NCBI RefSeq assembly: GCF_009914755.1
Contig: NC_060947.1
Length of the DNA: 64,000 nucleotides
Strand: one strand, 5' to 3'
DNA from: the human T2T-CHM13v2.0 reference genome, Homo sapiens
Shown here: in pieces, positions 1-15,681 of the stretch
Layout of the letters: every line of letters begins with the position of its first letter
Position numbering within the stretch: the stretch's first letter is position 1
Program-made: the position numbers and the translations under genes
Notes under the pieces: model-generated
Seen by the model: only the letters and a program-made list of their open reading frames with translations
Database searches by the model: none
Told to the model about the DNA's origin: nothing

Positions 1-59
1 TTCTAAATACCCTTACATGTCCCTGAATCAGGACTTCTCTCCCCCTTTAAGGTCATTTG

Positions 60-385
60 ACTCTGCACAACTCAGCACGTGCTCCGTGGTTTACCAAGGA
101 GCCTGTGAAGATACAGAATTGCAGGTTCTACTCCAGAATAACAATCCACAGTTTAACAAGTTGCCCAGATTACTTGTGTGCACCTTAAAGTTTGAGAGAC
201 AGTGATCTTTCAAGAAGAACCCAAGGTTCTCAGCCTTGGCTGCACATTGGACTTATCTGAGAAGCTTTAAAAGTAGAGATGCCCGGGTTATATCCCCTGA
301 GGGTTTTTGTTATTTTCGTCGAGGGTGTGTCTTGGGCAAGTTCCCCTGCGATTCTAACATGTAGCCGTTATTGAAAAGTGCCAGT
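60..385. mobile_element. Two adjacent MER5-like (hAT-Charlie) DNA transposon remnants
   Basis: 'tttaacaag..cccag..cttaaagtttgagag' and 'ggttctcagccttggctgcacattgga..gattctaacatgtagcc' resemble the MER5A/B consensus; heavily diverged. Confidence 0.6.
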
Positions 386-2929
386 TTATCCCAGTGTGTT
401 TAGGAACAACCTGTGATGGAAAGGACAATGTCAAAACAGTTTTGTTTATATGACTTTTCATTTTTATTTATACAAATAAGATTATTTTTAAAACTATGGT
501 CTGCTTTGCCACATAAAACAGTGGAGAGTGCCTTATCACAGTCTGATATAATTATAATTATTAATCTCAATAAAACATGAATGCAACAAGGATCTCCTGA
601 AATCTTTGATAATTTAGCAATTTATTAAAGATTGTAAAATTCTAAGAGATGCTGCCAGTCACTTTGAGGAGGCATGTTTTCACTTCTTATTGTTGATATT
701 ACCTAGGGAGTGCAGAAAACCAACAAATTGAATGTATTTTTACTGGTCCCATTCCATAAGAATTGTAAGTTCAATTTTAACTTGTTCCAAGGGACATGTA
801 AATTCAAGACTGAATTTCACTCAGTGTGAAGGAGTGGAGTTGCCGTAAATTTATTTTATACAATTAATTATATAAATTGATATTATACACATCAATATCC
901 AATTAGATAAAAATGAACACCTACTACACATCAGTGACTGAGGACTCAAAATAAAAACATGGAGAAGAACTGTATCTACTTATGTAGAGCTAACAGTCAG
1001 TTTGGGGAGAGAGACATGAATTGTTATTCAATTCTGTGTATAGTGGCACATGGTGATAAACGCTGAAAGGGAGAGGTACACAAGTACACAGATCAGGTGA
1101 ACACAAAGGGGGACACAGCCCACTGGTGATGGGAAAGACTGACATGAGGCACGAAGGATCAGTAGATGCCTTCCTGGTGACACGCGTGCAGAGAGGTGGG
1201 TCCAGCAAGAAAGAAGAGTGATTGCCTTCCCTGGCTTTTTGGAATGGAAAGTGGCTAGTGTGAAAGGGATCCATAACAGATGAGAATGGAGAGAGAAGAG
1301 GCAGCCAGGCCACAAAGAGTCCTTTTGGCCACTGGTGGAAATTTGGACTTTTTGTACATGGGATTAGAAACTAAGATCCCATGAAGCAAACAACCAAGGA
1401 AAGAAGGTATGATTCCCGTTTTGGATAACCTCAGATTTAGGAGCAGGCAAGTCATATAAATATGTAACTCTAAAGTGAGGGGAATCATAGTCCAATAAAT
1501 GCATATGTAAAAGGAGTTGGGGACAAAGAGAAAGTTGTGATAAGACGCCTCAATGGCATTTGTCCTGCAAGCATCCACTGCAAATGCACCGCCTTTTTCA
1601 GTAATGAAAAGAAAAGTCAGGCCTGATGACATCTCAAGAAACGTTGAAAGCAACCAGAATCTCACGTTTTTTGGAGAGAACTCTTGTCTTTTGGGGGATT
1701 TATATCAACTTTCAGCTTATTTTTATAACTCTCAACTTGATTTTTATTATTCTAATTTTAAAATTAGTGTTTTACCTGCCTTGCCTTTGAATTATTATTA
1801 TTATTTTTGTTCCTAACATTTTAATTTTGGAAATAAAAGAAGTGGTGAGGTCCAGGAGAAAACCATTTCTTAGAGGTAAGGTTCTTCATGAAGCAATGTC
1901 ATCAGACAGAGACCGGGGAGGACTCCGAGCCACATCTGCAAGGAGGCATTACTTTGGGCCTTGTCCTCATCATTTTCATGTGCCTTGGACTCAGTAATTC
2001 AACTAGGACACAGTAGCCTTAGACAGTTTTAGTCATGAGTGGCCTTGCACTGTAGTTGTTGCATGAACACATAAATCTCTTTGTGGATAGAGGCTGTCTG
2101 TTATTTCTTGGTGTGCCAAATTCCGGGGCATATGGCAGCCTCTCTGCAAATACTTGTCAATCAAATTTGGCCTCCGCCATGGGAACGCAGAAACAAAACT
2201 CTATCCAACTCACTGGAGACTCCTTGGAAACCTGAGAAAAAACATCAAAATCCCAGCACAACCGCACAAACCAGAAGGGGTGGCCCAGAATGATTCTGCT
2301 CCAAATTGTCCAGAATTTTTGGGAAGTCTCAGATATTCTTAATTGGAAAAACACGCTATAATGTATATGTACACACTGATTGACCTTCGGCTAAAAGATT
2401 ATTTTCCCATCTCTCTTGTACTAGCTCGAGTTGGCTCAATATAACAAATAGCCAGAAATAAGACCAAACTTTGACTTGTACACTTTTTAAATTAAAGAAA
2501 CAAAATTCACATCACTGTTTAATGTTAAATTAGCCCACAATTTCCACATTGTATTACTTGAAATTGGAATTATTTTTAAGTCTTTATCTTTGTAGGGCTT
2601 TTTTTTTTTCAGGGCCATGTATGCAAATGTTGCTGCCTCACTAATTAGGAGAAGATGGTCTCTTTTCAAATCTCACTTGGGAAGAGAAAAAAGTCTAGTA
2701 AGTTTAAAAACCTTAGCATGACTTGGTTGGTTATACATACCAAGATAAATATATAGCATTTATTTATCAAAGGAGAAATAGATAAAGTTATTTGTCTCAC
2801 ATTACTCATGTCTGTCTTGAGAAAGAAATCACATATTAAAATATAAAAAAGATAGAGTATGAGTAGATGGATAATTTCTAAATAATGCAAAAAATAAAAC
2901 TAAAAGTAATGAACAAAGATATCACCAGT

Positions 2930-3240
2930 CACTCACCTTAGAATCTAACAGAGGGCTATTTGAAAATACAGATTCCTAAGCCATAACCCTGAGTATTCCA
3001 ATTCAGACAGTCTGAGATAGAGCCTAGGAATCTATATTTTAAGGAAAAAATCACACCTCTGCCCTCATGGAACCTTGGCATACCGATAAATTTAGGTGCC
3101 ACTAATGTGATTCCGAATTCTTCCTTTACAGATTAGGAAACTGAAGCTATACAGGGTCCATGCCTTGTTCAAGATCACTGACATTGTTTTTCACAAAGCA
3201 CAAGACAGGGTGTTGGAATCCTAATGTTTCCAGTTCTTCC
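2930..3240. mobile_element. MER5-like remnant followed by MIR (-)
   Basis: 'aaaatacagattcctaagcc..gagcctaggaatctatattttaa' (MER5) then 'tttacagattaggaaactgaagc' (MIR core, reverse). Confidence 0.6.
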
Positions 3241-3244
3241 AGCA

Positions 3245-3850
3245 GAATTCACTGAGCAAACATGTGATCACCTATTCTGAGAATAACATTGTGCTAACTG
3301 CTATAAAGGATATAAAAGCAATAAAGGCATGGCCCTAACAACTCTACATAACAGCAAATGGAACAGGCATGTATGCAAAAATGTATAAGAAAATAAGTAT
3401 GAAATTAAATCAATCAAATAATTAAATTAAATAAATATGAATTTATTCACAATTAAATGTGAAATTAAAACAAACTGCTGTGGGAACAGAGGATGAAGGA
3501 AGTATTGACAAGCATGGGAATTAGGTCAATATTGTGAGAAAATGGGTTGAGCTGATCCTTGAAGAAAAAAGAAGATGTCCATAAAGGAAGAATTAGAATG
3601 GAAATATCCAACTATGACCAGAGGAGGGTATCTGATTCTCCCTGCATTCAGGAAGATATGAATTCTAGCATACAGCAACGGGAGTTGAAACAAAAAACAA
3701 TGTTGGATGCCATACCTTGGAACAACTGGGCTATGAAGATTGAAAGCAAAGGTTGAAATTCAAGTGCCTATAGGGACCAAGGAGATAACAAAAAGAGAGG
3801 AACTAGTCGACTTGGGGATAAGCCTGGAAATTATGGAGATTCTGGTAAAC
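3245..3850 (-). mobile_element. L2 remnant
   Basis: Begins with a reverse L2 3' tail-like sequence ('attcactgagcaaacat..tgtgctaactgct') and has a purine-rich L2-like body. Confidence 0.5.
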
Positions 3851-3979
3851 TGGAGACAGCATGGCCCATCCAAAACTGACCCAAATCCTCCATTTTTATA
3901 ATGCCCTGCTGAACAAAGAGAACACGTCTGTGAGGCATATGTAGCCCCCAGATGCCATTTTGACCTCCTGAAAGCAAAG

Positions 3980-4925
3980 CCCAGGGCCAGGGCTCTCTTC
4001 ATCCTGCATTCTCTTCAGGGCAATGTCTACCATGCCCCAGGGGCTCCAACTGCCATCTAAACATCAATATCCCCCAAAGGCATTATCTCCTTTCCTAACC
4101 TGTCTCTTGACCCTCAGAATCGTATTTGCCATCTCTACTTGAATATCTCAGTGAACATCTCAATGGTACTTGGAACTTAAACAGAACTGAATGAACTGAT
4201 AATTCCCCTTAAATAAGTCTCTTCCAGCTCATCCCCCTTCTGCCAGTCACATTACATCTCTTGCCTAGTCCCGTCAATTTTCCCTCCTATGTCTCAGACC
4301 CATGGACTGTACACATTGCAAACACTGAATGCCCAGTTGCTGTCAACTCTTTTCTGGGAGGAGGCTACTCTGGTCACAGAAAATGAATCCCTTCTCATTA
4401 CTTCAGAAATAGTCATCCTTTCAGAAGTGACTATGCCCCACCGTTCTCCTCCATCATCTCAAAGATCTAGCTCTAGGCTACTTTCCTAGGCTCACCTGGA
4501 ACTGATTTCCTCATCTTTCTGTCTGAGCAACAACGCTGACATTTTCAGTTTCCTGAGCACATCATGCTTCCTCTGGACAAATCTCTTTGTAAGCACTATT
4601 CCTTCTTCTGAAATCTCCCCTTTCTTCTTCTCCAAGTTTAGCTGTATCCGTCCATCTGGTCTAAGTTTTAAGGTCAGGTTCCCATAAAAATACTTCCTCG
4701 ACTCCTAGATTTAGCCACTAGGCTACAGGCTTTTTGTCAGTACTTTTTAGTTTCCTTTCTACTATTTAACAGAATCTATGGGTGCTTTTTTATGGTATTT
4801 TATTTATTCTTTTCCTTAGCATCTGACCTGATTATCATTATTCTATGATGGTAGTGATTGTGCCTGTAGCCACTCAGACATTTTATTTGAATGAGTTAAT
4901 GAATGAATAAACAAATAAGTGAGTT
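3980..4925 (+). mobile_element. L2 remnant with 3' end
   Basis: Pyrimidine-rich L2 body ending in 'tttatttgaatgagttaatgaatgaataaa'. Confidence 0.65.
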
Positions 4926-6724
4926 GTAGGATATTGAATATTAAGCTAAAGAGTTTATATTTTATTCTTGAAGTAAAATAGAGAAATTTTTGTTGTCTCT
5001 GCTGCTGTTTTTTTGGGGTTTTTTTTTGTTGTTGTTGTTTTTTGTTTTTTAACAGACAGGATGATGGCTTGATGTGAACCTTGGTAGGAGAACTGGGACG
5101 ATGTCTTTTAAAGGATAGAGCAGAGGCTGTGGGTGTCAGAAAGTCCAGGCAGAGTCTGATATAGGATTGATCCACAGCAATGAGCTTAAAGACAGCAGGA
5201 GAGGACAGGCTTCAATGAAATTATGAAATTATGGTTGGTTGCTGTCACTGCCATTAATAACATTTATAACAACAATGGGAGGGTTATTGTCTCCATAGGC
5301 CAGGATGTAAGTATTATGATGGCCTTTAGTCTTTCTAACAGTTTAACCAAAAAGTATGTAGAATTCTTCAGTTAATTGTTTTTCATTACTTGCAAAGCTT
5401 ATTTCGGACATAATGCATATTTTATTTTCAAATTCCCATGTCCCAGCACAAACGTATTCATTTGTGAATTTCTTGCAATTTATTTTATAATGTTTGGTAA
5501 AATCATAAGTAATATGTCCATGATTATTCCATGATTATCTCCATGATTATTAGAGATCTATAAATTATTATTAGCTGACAGGAAAATAAAACAAAACAAA
5601 ATAGCACTTTGTTCTAAATGTTTTATCACCAAGGTAAACATTCACTATGAACTGTACAAAATAATATTAATTGTTGCAAAAATGTATACCAGTAATAATG
5701 GGACGAATGGATCTGATTCCTAGTATTGAGACTGGCAAAGCTGAAAATGAGAAAAGCAACATTGCTTCTTGCCTACTGTTTCCACCCTCAATTTCAACGT
5801 ATTTGAAAGGCTCTTTCCAAGGCATTTTGCAATACATTTTACATAGTAAGTATTCACATTTTTCATGTACTTTCACAGTTGAGAAGAAGGAAAGAAAAGG
5901 ATGGTTAAACAAATCTTATGCAGTTCCCAAAAGGCACCGAGTCTGCAGTTACTTTTCTTACTTGCTTTAACTCTTTTATTTAATTAGGTTTAGTCAGCTT
6001 ACCTCACTCTAAAACAATTAGTGGTAACTTGCAGAAACATTTACAATAGTCTAGGGGAAATAGATGTAATTAGAGCAAAGGCAAGTAAGGTTAGGATAAT
6101 AAGCCCACGAATGAGCTAAATGCATGTTATCACAAAAGCCATGCTGTCGGATTCCCTTTCTAAAAGCAAGAACCAAGGATAACCCTCAGAGACAGATAGT
6201 TTGCATAGACTTCCATAAATCCTTCATGAATATTAATATTCACCATCTAGTTTTGGTGAGAATTAGACAGCAGAAAGCATAATGTTAGCTACTCATGAAA
6301 AAATAGTTTGGAGTATTTTATGCTAACAGTTTATCATTTAAGTTGGTCAAAAGAATCCCAATCTGTATGGCTTGCCTAACTTTGACACAGAAGGCCACAT
6401 TGGCATATCCTAAAGAAAATTTATGAGCCTAGTTATAAAAACATACAACTTTAAATAAATGTCTAAGGATCATCAGATGGTAGTCACGTCGGAGAAATTG
6501 TCACTTGCAATTGAATAATTTTATAATTTATTTCTCAATTACTTCAATTCATATTATAAATTATTTTCCCAATTACATGTATACATATATGTAAATAATT
6601 ATTAGAATTGTTTTCATTTTAAGAATTGTTATCCCTAATAAGGATATTCAGAAACAGCTGAAAATAAAAGTGAATTCTATGGCCTTGGATCAAAGCCAAG
6701 TTAACCACCCACTTCGGGGACTTA

Positions 6725-6742
6725 ACCTTGACCTTGACCTTG
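6725..6742 (-). promoter_or_regulatory. Candidate nuclear-receptor element: DR0 (AGGTCAAGGTCA) with overlapping TCAAGGTCA extended half-site
   Basis: (ACCTTG)x3; 6729-6740 TGACCTTGACCT is the reverse complement of a perfect DR0; lies in non-repeat sequence; function not shown. Confidence 0.35.
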
Positions 6743-7694
6743 TTAGCACAGTGTTAGAATTGACCTGCCTAATCGGCAGCAGACAGGAGATTCAGCGTGG
6801 CCCTGTCATTCGAGCTCTTTTTATAACTTATCTCTCAATCTCATTTACATACCAGTCAGGACTTCTCTTTCAAACAAAGCAATCACTTTGATAATTTGGG
6901 TTGAATTTTATTTTTCCCGATAACTAGATAATTACCTTCTTTTCTGTTCTAACCGGCGGTCAAGTGTAGATGCTGGACTCCAGAACTAATAGACCTCGGG
7001 CCACCTCCACGAAGATTTATGTGCAGAGATTGTTAGTGCAAGCAAAAGACTGCCTAAGGGTAAATGAAAAACAGGAACTTATTTGCTGTTTTTGCAAAAT
7101 TTAAAAAGTTGACAGTGGGGTCCATGAAGTTAAAGTTACATTAAAATATGACATTTTTGTACCTCAGAAGATGGTGTCTAATTCACTAGCTTAAATTTTA
7201 AAACCACATGATTTAAAACTTCAAGCTTATAACATTTCTAAACATGTAAATTGAAACTAGCAATTTCTTGTTAAGAAAGGAAAGCATTGCTTTCAATATA
7301 TGCATCACCAAATTGGCTGGTAAGTTTAATGAGAAGTCATTCATCATGTTAACATTCAGGAATGTTGCTTTAAAGGGCATCCGAGATAAAACTACTGACT
7401 CAGAAAGATGCATACCACGTACTGGAGTTATAAATGTCATTTCTTTAAGGATCAAAAGTGTGAATAATAAGTAAATATGTTTTTTCAAGCTATGGTGATC
7501 TTTTCCAAGGGATGGTGATATTTAAAAATAAAATCAGTTTAATTCAACAATAAATATTTTCCCACATTAGTAGAAATAGCTATTTTTGAAAGCAAATTAT
7601 CTGGTTTTGGGGTTAATTTCTTCATCTATCTTGGGCAGACTTGGTTGACTTTGTCAAAATTACTTGAGCACCCAAAATCATGTCGTTTAAAGGG

Positions 7695-7958
7695 TTTTTT
7701 AAATTTCAATAGGTTTTGGGGGAACAGGTGGTGTTTAGTTACATGAATAAGTTCTTTGGTGGTGGTTTCTGAGATTTTGGTGCACCCATCACCCGAGCAG
7801 TGTACACTGTACACATTGTGTAGTCTTTTATCTCTCACCCACCCCCCACCCTTTCCCCCGAGTCCCCAAAGTCCATTGTATGGTTCTTATGCTCTTGCCT
7901 CCTCAAAGATTAGTTCCCACTTATGGGTGAGAACGCACACTGTTTGGTTCTCCATTCT
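7695..7958 (-). mobile_element. L1PB-type 3' end fragment
   Basis: 'aataggttttgggggaacaggtggtgtt..gagattttggtgcacccatcacccgagcagtgtacactgta' matches the L1PB1-like 3'UTR in reverse. Confidence 0.85.
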
Positions 7959-8899
7959 AAAGGAATATGTTTTGAAGATGCAAGTGTAACCAGGAACCTT
8001 GTAAATACAATTATGAAACCCTACTCTTAAAAAAAATAGAAAACATATTTTCCTAAGCAGTAAGGTATGACGTGCATGTTAATCATAATAAATTTTATAT
8101 GTATAACAATTTATTTTGTAGAATAAACATGTCAGCAAATTTCTGGTTGAGGCACTTCCGTAAACACTGTCATTTGTGACATTTTATTTATCTGAGAACT
8201 TTCAGTGTGGATTCCACTAAATTCACATTAATCACATGAATTGAAATAATTTTCACTTCTACTTTGTACCACATCAAGAACTAGTGTTTATGTCTGCTTT
8301 GCCACTGATTGCTTTGTGACTTTACGCAAATAACTTTTGACCTTGGTTTTGTCTGCAAAATGAGCTTTTGGAACTCAAGAAGCTCCAAGATCCTTTGACT
8401 CTTAAAATTTCTACAATTCTAAATGAGAGAGGGAATTGAATTCTTAGAACAATTGCCGTTAAGACAATAAAAGTCACAATAATTATCCAAAATAAATGTA
8501 TTTATGAAGTGCAAAAGCAAACCTTTCAGAGTCCAGTGGGACACAGAGAAACACAAATAAATACGCCCCAGTATAATGTGGATTATAAAATTGCTATTGC
8601 AATGACAGGGTCCCACTGGCAGTGACGAAGAAGAGAAGAAAGGAAGAGATGGATTCAAACTAAGGAGATTCATGATTGCTTTTTGGAAGACATGAGAATT
8701 GGTTGGGGCCCAGTAATGAGGAGCTTTGAATATTGAGGTCCGGGATTCAAATTTCACCCATCCCCACAACCTTATGGGAACAATCTCGCTGAATAGCATG
8801 ACGGAATAAAAGACAGACCCCATACTTTTTATGAGAACCCAAATTGTTTAGACTGAATTGGGGCAGAGAATGGTTGGGAATATTGGGATAGATTATTTT

Positions 8900-10351
<1,452 letters not shown>

Positions 10352-10379
10352 TTAACTAGCTAGTCAGGCTAGTTAGAAG

Positions 10380-11000
10380 TTGAAGGAGACAAGTAAAACT
10401 GATCCAAGCTTTTATCTTTTATGAGGAGTATTCAGTGGTGCTTGCAACCAAGGCGTGCACCAGAAGGAATAATATGTTTGGACAGACAAAGACGGAATTT
10501 TCTCTTCAATAAAATGCATTTCACTTCTCTATGGGACATCAATATGGAAATGCCCAGCAGGCACTTGCAACGAAAGAGAAGTCTGGAAAAAAAAGTAAGA
10601 GATTTATAAGAGAAGACACTGGCCTGGAGATGTAGTTGAAGCCATGGAAGTAGATGATCCTGCCAACAGTTTAGAAATAAAAGATGATGACTGATTATGA
10701 AACCTGAATAAATGTCACCATAAAGGGGCAGGTGGAGGAAGAAGAGGGAACATCCAGCTGGAAAGATTTAGAAAGTGCAATCACAGAGAGAGATAGAGAG
10801 CCAGGGAGGTAAAGAATAACAGAAATCTGAAAGAAGAGTAGTCTGTGGTTTCAAATGCTGCAAAGCTAAGCAGGTTACAAACATTAAAGAAGATCACATG
10901 GTGAAGAAAATGACAGAAAGAGTTTCAATTCAATAATAGAGTTTGAATCTGTATTGCAAGAAGCTGAAAGAAGTATGAGGAAGAAAAAAGAGGCATTATT
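10380..11000 (-). mobile_element. L2 remnant
   Basis: 'ggagatgtagttgaagccatggaagtagatga' and 'tcaaatgctgca' are typical reverse-L2 motifs. Confidence 0.6.
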
Positions 11001-11632
11001 GATATGAGAATGTTATTTCATAATATTATTTTTCCTTGAAGAGAAAAAGATGGAATGCAAACATTTAATTTAAAAAAATGAAATTGAGGCAGTGTCTTTG
11101 AATCAGAAAAAGATGTTCAATGTTTCATTTTTTGAAAAAGCAGTAAAGAAATTGATTTTATTTTGTTGCTACAAAATCTGTCATTCTTAAGTCATTCCGT
11201 CAAATGATAATAGCATATTTTGGTTCATTGTTATTAGTTTGCAGAAATAATTGTGACTTAGGACAATGAGATTCAATCCCTCATTATAAAGAAAATCAAT
11301 AACTTCCTACACCATGTAAACCTAACATGGAAAAAAGCAATTAGTAACAACACAGCCTGGTGCACTCTCAGAGAGAAGAGTGCTATATGTATCAGCATTC
11401 TGAGAAGGAAAAATAAAAATGCATCAAAGTAAATATTTTATGATTTAGAAAGAACAACTTCACAGTACAGGAACTTGCATCAGCAAAACACATTTCTATA
11501 AAAAATCAGAGGAAAATAAGTATGGTCCTTATTGTTTCTAAGTAGGAAGCTACCAATTTCTGTCAAAACATCCCACTTTATAGCACATGGAATAATTTTA
11601 TTCATCTAAAATATTCCCTCCATGGTAACTGC

Positions 11633-11930
11633 TTTTTTTTTTTTTTTTTTTTGACAGAGTCTCGCTCTGTCGCCCAGGCTAGAGTACAGTGGAGTGATCT
11701 CGGCTCACTGCAACCTCTGCCTCCGGGGTTCAAGCAATTCTCTGCCCCAGCCTCCCAAGCAGCTGGGATTACAGGCGCCCGCCACCATGCCCGGGTAATT
11801 TTTGTATTTTTAGTTGAGACGGGGTTTCACCATCTTGGCCAGGCTGGTCTTGAACTCCTGACCTCGTGATCCACCCACCTCGGCCTCCCAAAGTGTTGGG
11901 ACTTACAGGCATGAGCCACTGTGCCTGGCC
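11633..11930 (-). mobile_element. AluS (Sg-like)
   Basis: Poly-T then a full reverse Alu ending 'cctggcc'; 'gacctcgtgatcc' diagnostic; no clear TSD. Confidence 0.97.
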
Positions 11931-12444
11931 TCATTTCTAAAATTATCTGTGTGATTATATTACAAGACAAAATGCTATACCTGCTGTACTTTCATTCATG
12001 AACAAAGAAATATATAATTTACTTTCTCAACTTAGCAAATCAGAAAATCCAAAAAATGTAGAAATCCACATTATATTAAAGACATTATAATCCAATATCT
12101 GCATTTTAGAAATGTTGAGTGAGACCCATTGAACTAAAGGGACTTGTCAAATGTTATAATTCAACAATCAAGATGGGATTCGAATCTGTGTCTAGTTTTG
12201 AAGTATAGCAGTTGACTCGTGCATATTATGTCATTTCCATGCTAAGATATAGTACATTCACTTTTTTTTTAATTCATTGAGGCAGTGTTTTTATATCTCC
12301 TTCTCTTTTTAAATGTGGTTTCACATTAGACATAATATGAACAGTTTGTGGGAATGTCCTTCCATATTATCTTGAGTATTCCTAATTGGGTGGATATGAT
12401 TCCCTTATTAAAATCTGCCTGATTAAATCTTGTAGGAAGGGAAA

Positions 12445-12650
12445 AGTCACTAATATTTATTGAGCCCCTACTGTGTGCCTTTCAATCCTATTCTTTCATT
12501 TATGCAATTAAATATTGTGTCCCAATTTTACACATCAGAAGATCCAGGCTCGTGGAAGGTATGCTGTTTACCAAACTTTATAGCCAAGAAAAGATGCAGC
12601 TGGGATTAAAATCAAGATAGTCTGATTTCATAGCAATCTTCTTTCTACTA
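12445..12650 (-). mobile_element. MIR
   Basis: 'taatatttattgagcccctactgtgtgcc..cccaattttacacatcagaagatccaggctc'. Confidence 0.65.
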
Positions 12651-12769
12651 TACTAATTAGGCTATTAAATTTTAACTATCTTAAAAGATAAAAGTGTATG
12701 AGATTAGAACAATTCAGGTTTCAGGAGAGTGAAGATAATGAATAGTTCCAGGCTTTATTAAAATAAACA

Positions 12770-14950
12770 TGCAAGATAATTCTCCTAAAATAACCACTAA
12801 AATAATATAAATATAATATAAGTAAATATCACAGAGGCAATAAAAAAGCAGAAAAATGTCGCAAACAATAATATAGTTTTAAGCCCATTGATAAATAATA
12901 TATTGATAATTGATATTAATTATCAAACTAAATGTATGGATCTACACAAAGAAATGAAAAACTCTGGAAATAGTAACCATGCAAGTAAATATGTAATATT
13001 GTTCTTACAGCTGACTGTTTTAACCAAAATAATAAGGATGTATTGTGAGGATTTCAATTATTGTAAAAGGGAAATGTATGACAACAACAGCATAATTCCA
13101 GGATAGGAAATGGAAGTTAACCACTGCAAGGTTCTTACACTAAATGTGAAGTGGTCTCATATCATCAAAACTAGACTATGATAAGTTAATGATGCATAAT
13201 ATGAATACTAAAGCAATCACTGCAATAAAAAAATTATAGCTAATACACCAAAAGGAGGTAAAATGGAACTATAAAAATAATTAAGCCAAAATGCTATTAT
13301 TAAAAAAGTCAAAAAACAACAGATGTTGGCAGTGATGCAGAGGAAAGGGAATGCTTATACCTTGTTGGTGGGAATGTAAATTAGTACAACCTCTATGAAA
13401 AACATTATGGAGATTTCTCCAAGAACTAAAAAGAGAACTATCCTTCGATCCAGCAGTCTCACTACTGGGTGTCTATCCAAAGGAGAACAGATCATTTTAT
13501 TAAAAAGACACCTGCATTTGTATGTCCATCGCAGCACTATTCACAATAGCAGAGTTATGGAGTCAACCTAAGTGTCTAACAATTGATTGCGTAAAGAAAA
13601 TGTGATATACACCATGGAATACTATAAGGCCATAGCACAGAGTGAAATCATGTCCTTTGAAGCAACATGGATGGAACTGGAGGCCATAATCTTAAACAAC
13701 TCAGAAACAGAAAACTAAATACTACATGTTCTCATTTGCAAGTGGGAGCTGGGAACACATGGAAATAATAGACACAGTGGACTCTAGAAGTGGGAAGGAT
13801 GTGGCGGGGATGAAGATTGAAAAATTAGCTGCTGGGTACAATGTTCACTATTTGAGTGAAGAGTATACTAGAAACCCAAACCTTACCATGAAGCAATATA
13901 TCCACCATGTGACAAGCCTGCACATGTGTCCCTGAATCTAAAATAATGATAATAGTAATAATGATAATTAAGCCAAAATGAAGTAGAAAATGAGGAAAAG
14001 GGAACAAAGAATGGATAGAACAAGTAGACACCAAATAGCAAGATGGTAGCCTTATACCTCAACATAGCAATAATCACATTAAGTATAAATGGCTACATGG
14101 TTGTATGTATTTGTCAAAATTCTTTGAGCTTTGCATTTCATTCAGATGTGTAAATTTTATTGTATGTGATATATGACTCAATTAACAAATGATACACACA
14201 AAAAAGCAAGCCACAAGCTGAGGAAATATTTGCTATCTATATTGCCAACAAAAGGATTATTCTTCAAAAATGGGTAAATAACATCTACAAATCAAAACAG
14301 AAAATTGAAACAAACCAAGAGGAAAACAGGGAAAATACATGAGAAAGTATTTCATAGAGGAGACACAAATTGCCAATAAATATATGAAAAGATGCCCATT
14401 CTCATTATCAGTGGAAGAAATACAAATTAAAACTATCATGAGATACCATTTTACACTCCTGTGATTGGCCAAACTCTAAGTGTTTGATGAGTGTAAAAGA
14501 GGATGTGGAATGATGGGTCATCACTTTTGGGGGAGTAAATTATTAATAGTATTTTGGAAAACATCTGAGTTACCTAGTAAATTTGAATAGCACATGGTGT
14601 ACAACAAAGTTTTATTCTACTACTTACATAATCACTGTATATGTGCATGAAAGGCATTTGTACACATTTTGTAGCATTATTTGTAATAGATAAACAGGAA
14701 AAACCCAGATAGCCACTGGCAAAGAGAGTGGATGAATTGTGGTGTTTCCATAAAATGGATATTATACAGCTATACAGATCAACATGGACGAACCTCAGAA
14801 ACATCAAAATGAATGAAAACCAAGTCAGAAGCATATATTTAATATGATCCCATTTATACAAATTTTGAAAACACACAGAGCTAAATAAAATATGTTAGTA
14901 ATGCATGCATTTATTGCAAAATAATTTTTTAAAATATAAGAACTGTGAGT
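12770..14950 (+). mobile_element. Old L1M (MC/MD/ME-type) fragments hosting a younger L1PB
   Basis: A-rich L1M-like sequence, including ORF2 3'/3'UTR remnants ('aaaagatgcccattctcattatcagtggaagaaatacaaattaaaactatcatgagataccatttt'). Confidence 0.7.
13294..13963 (+). mobile_element. 5'-truncated L1PB (PB3/4-like) 3' end
   Basis: L1 ORF2 end plus 3'UTR; perfect 17-bp TSD ataattaagccaaaatg at 13277-13293 and 13964-13980. Confidence 0.92.
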
Positions 14951-15340
14951 AAAAATTTTTGAAAAATCAGTTTAATCACTACTCCTAAGGAACAGGAATA
15001 AAATGATTATTTTATTTTCTATATCATTCCATTTTTGCTTCTGTGTTTGCAAACACACACATGTCTGTGTGTGCATGTTTGAGTGTGTGCTCATGCGTTC
15101 AAGACTCAGATCAGTTGTTAACGTAGATAAAAAAGCATAGTGAAATGAAAAATTATTTAAATATTTAGCATAAAACTTTAAAAATTTCAAGTAACTGAAA
15201 ATTGTAAACATGCCACAGTTATAAACGTTATAGGTGGGGCCTGTATTATAATAAACTTTAATACAGTGTATATTTGTTTACTAAATATGTTTCTTTCTTG
15301 AAAATATACATTTAATACTTTTTATTATAAAAAAACAGGT

Positions 15341-15681
<341 letters not shown>

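Noticed and set aside
5517-5551. Triple tccatgattat repeat
   Set aside because: Ordinary short slippage repeat with no further structure.
7695-7958. L1PB 3' end as the missing tail of the L1PB at 43217-47934
   Set aside because: It is 35 kb upstream, only ~260 bp long, and shows no shared TSD; an independent truncated insertion is simpler.
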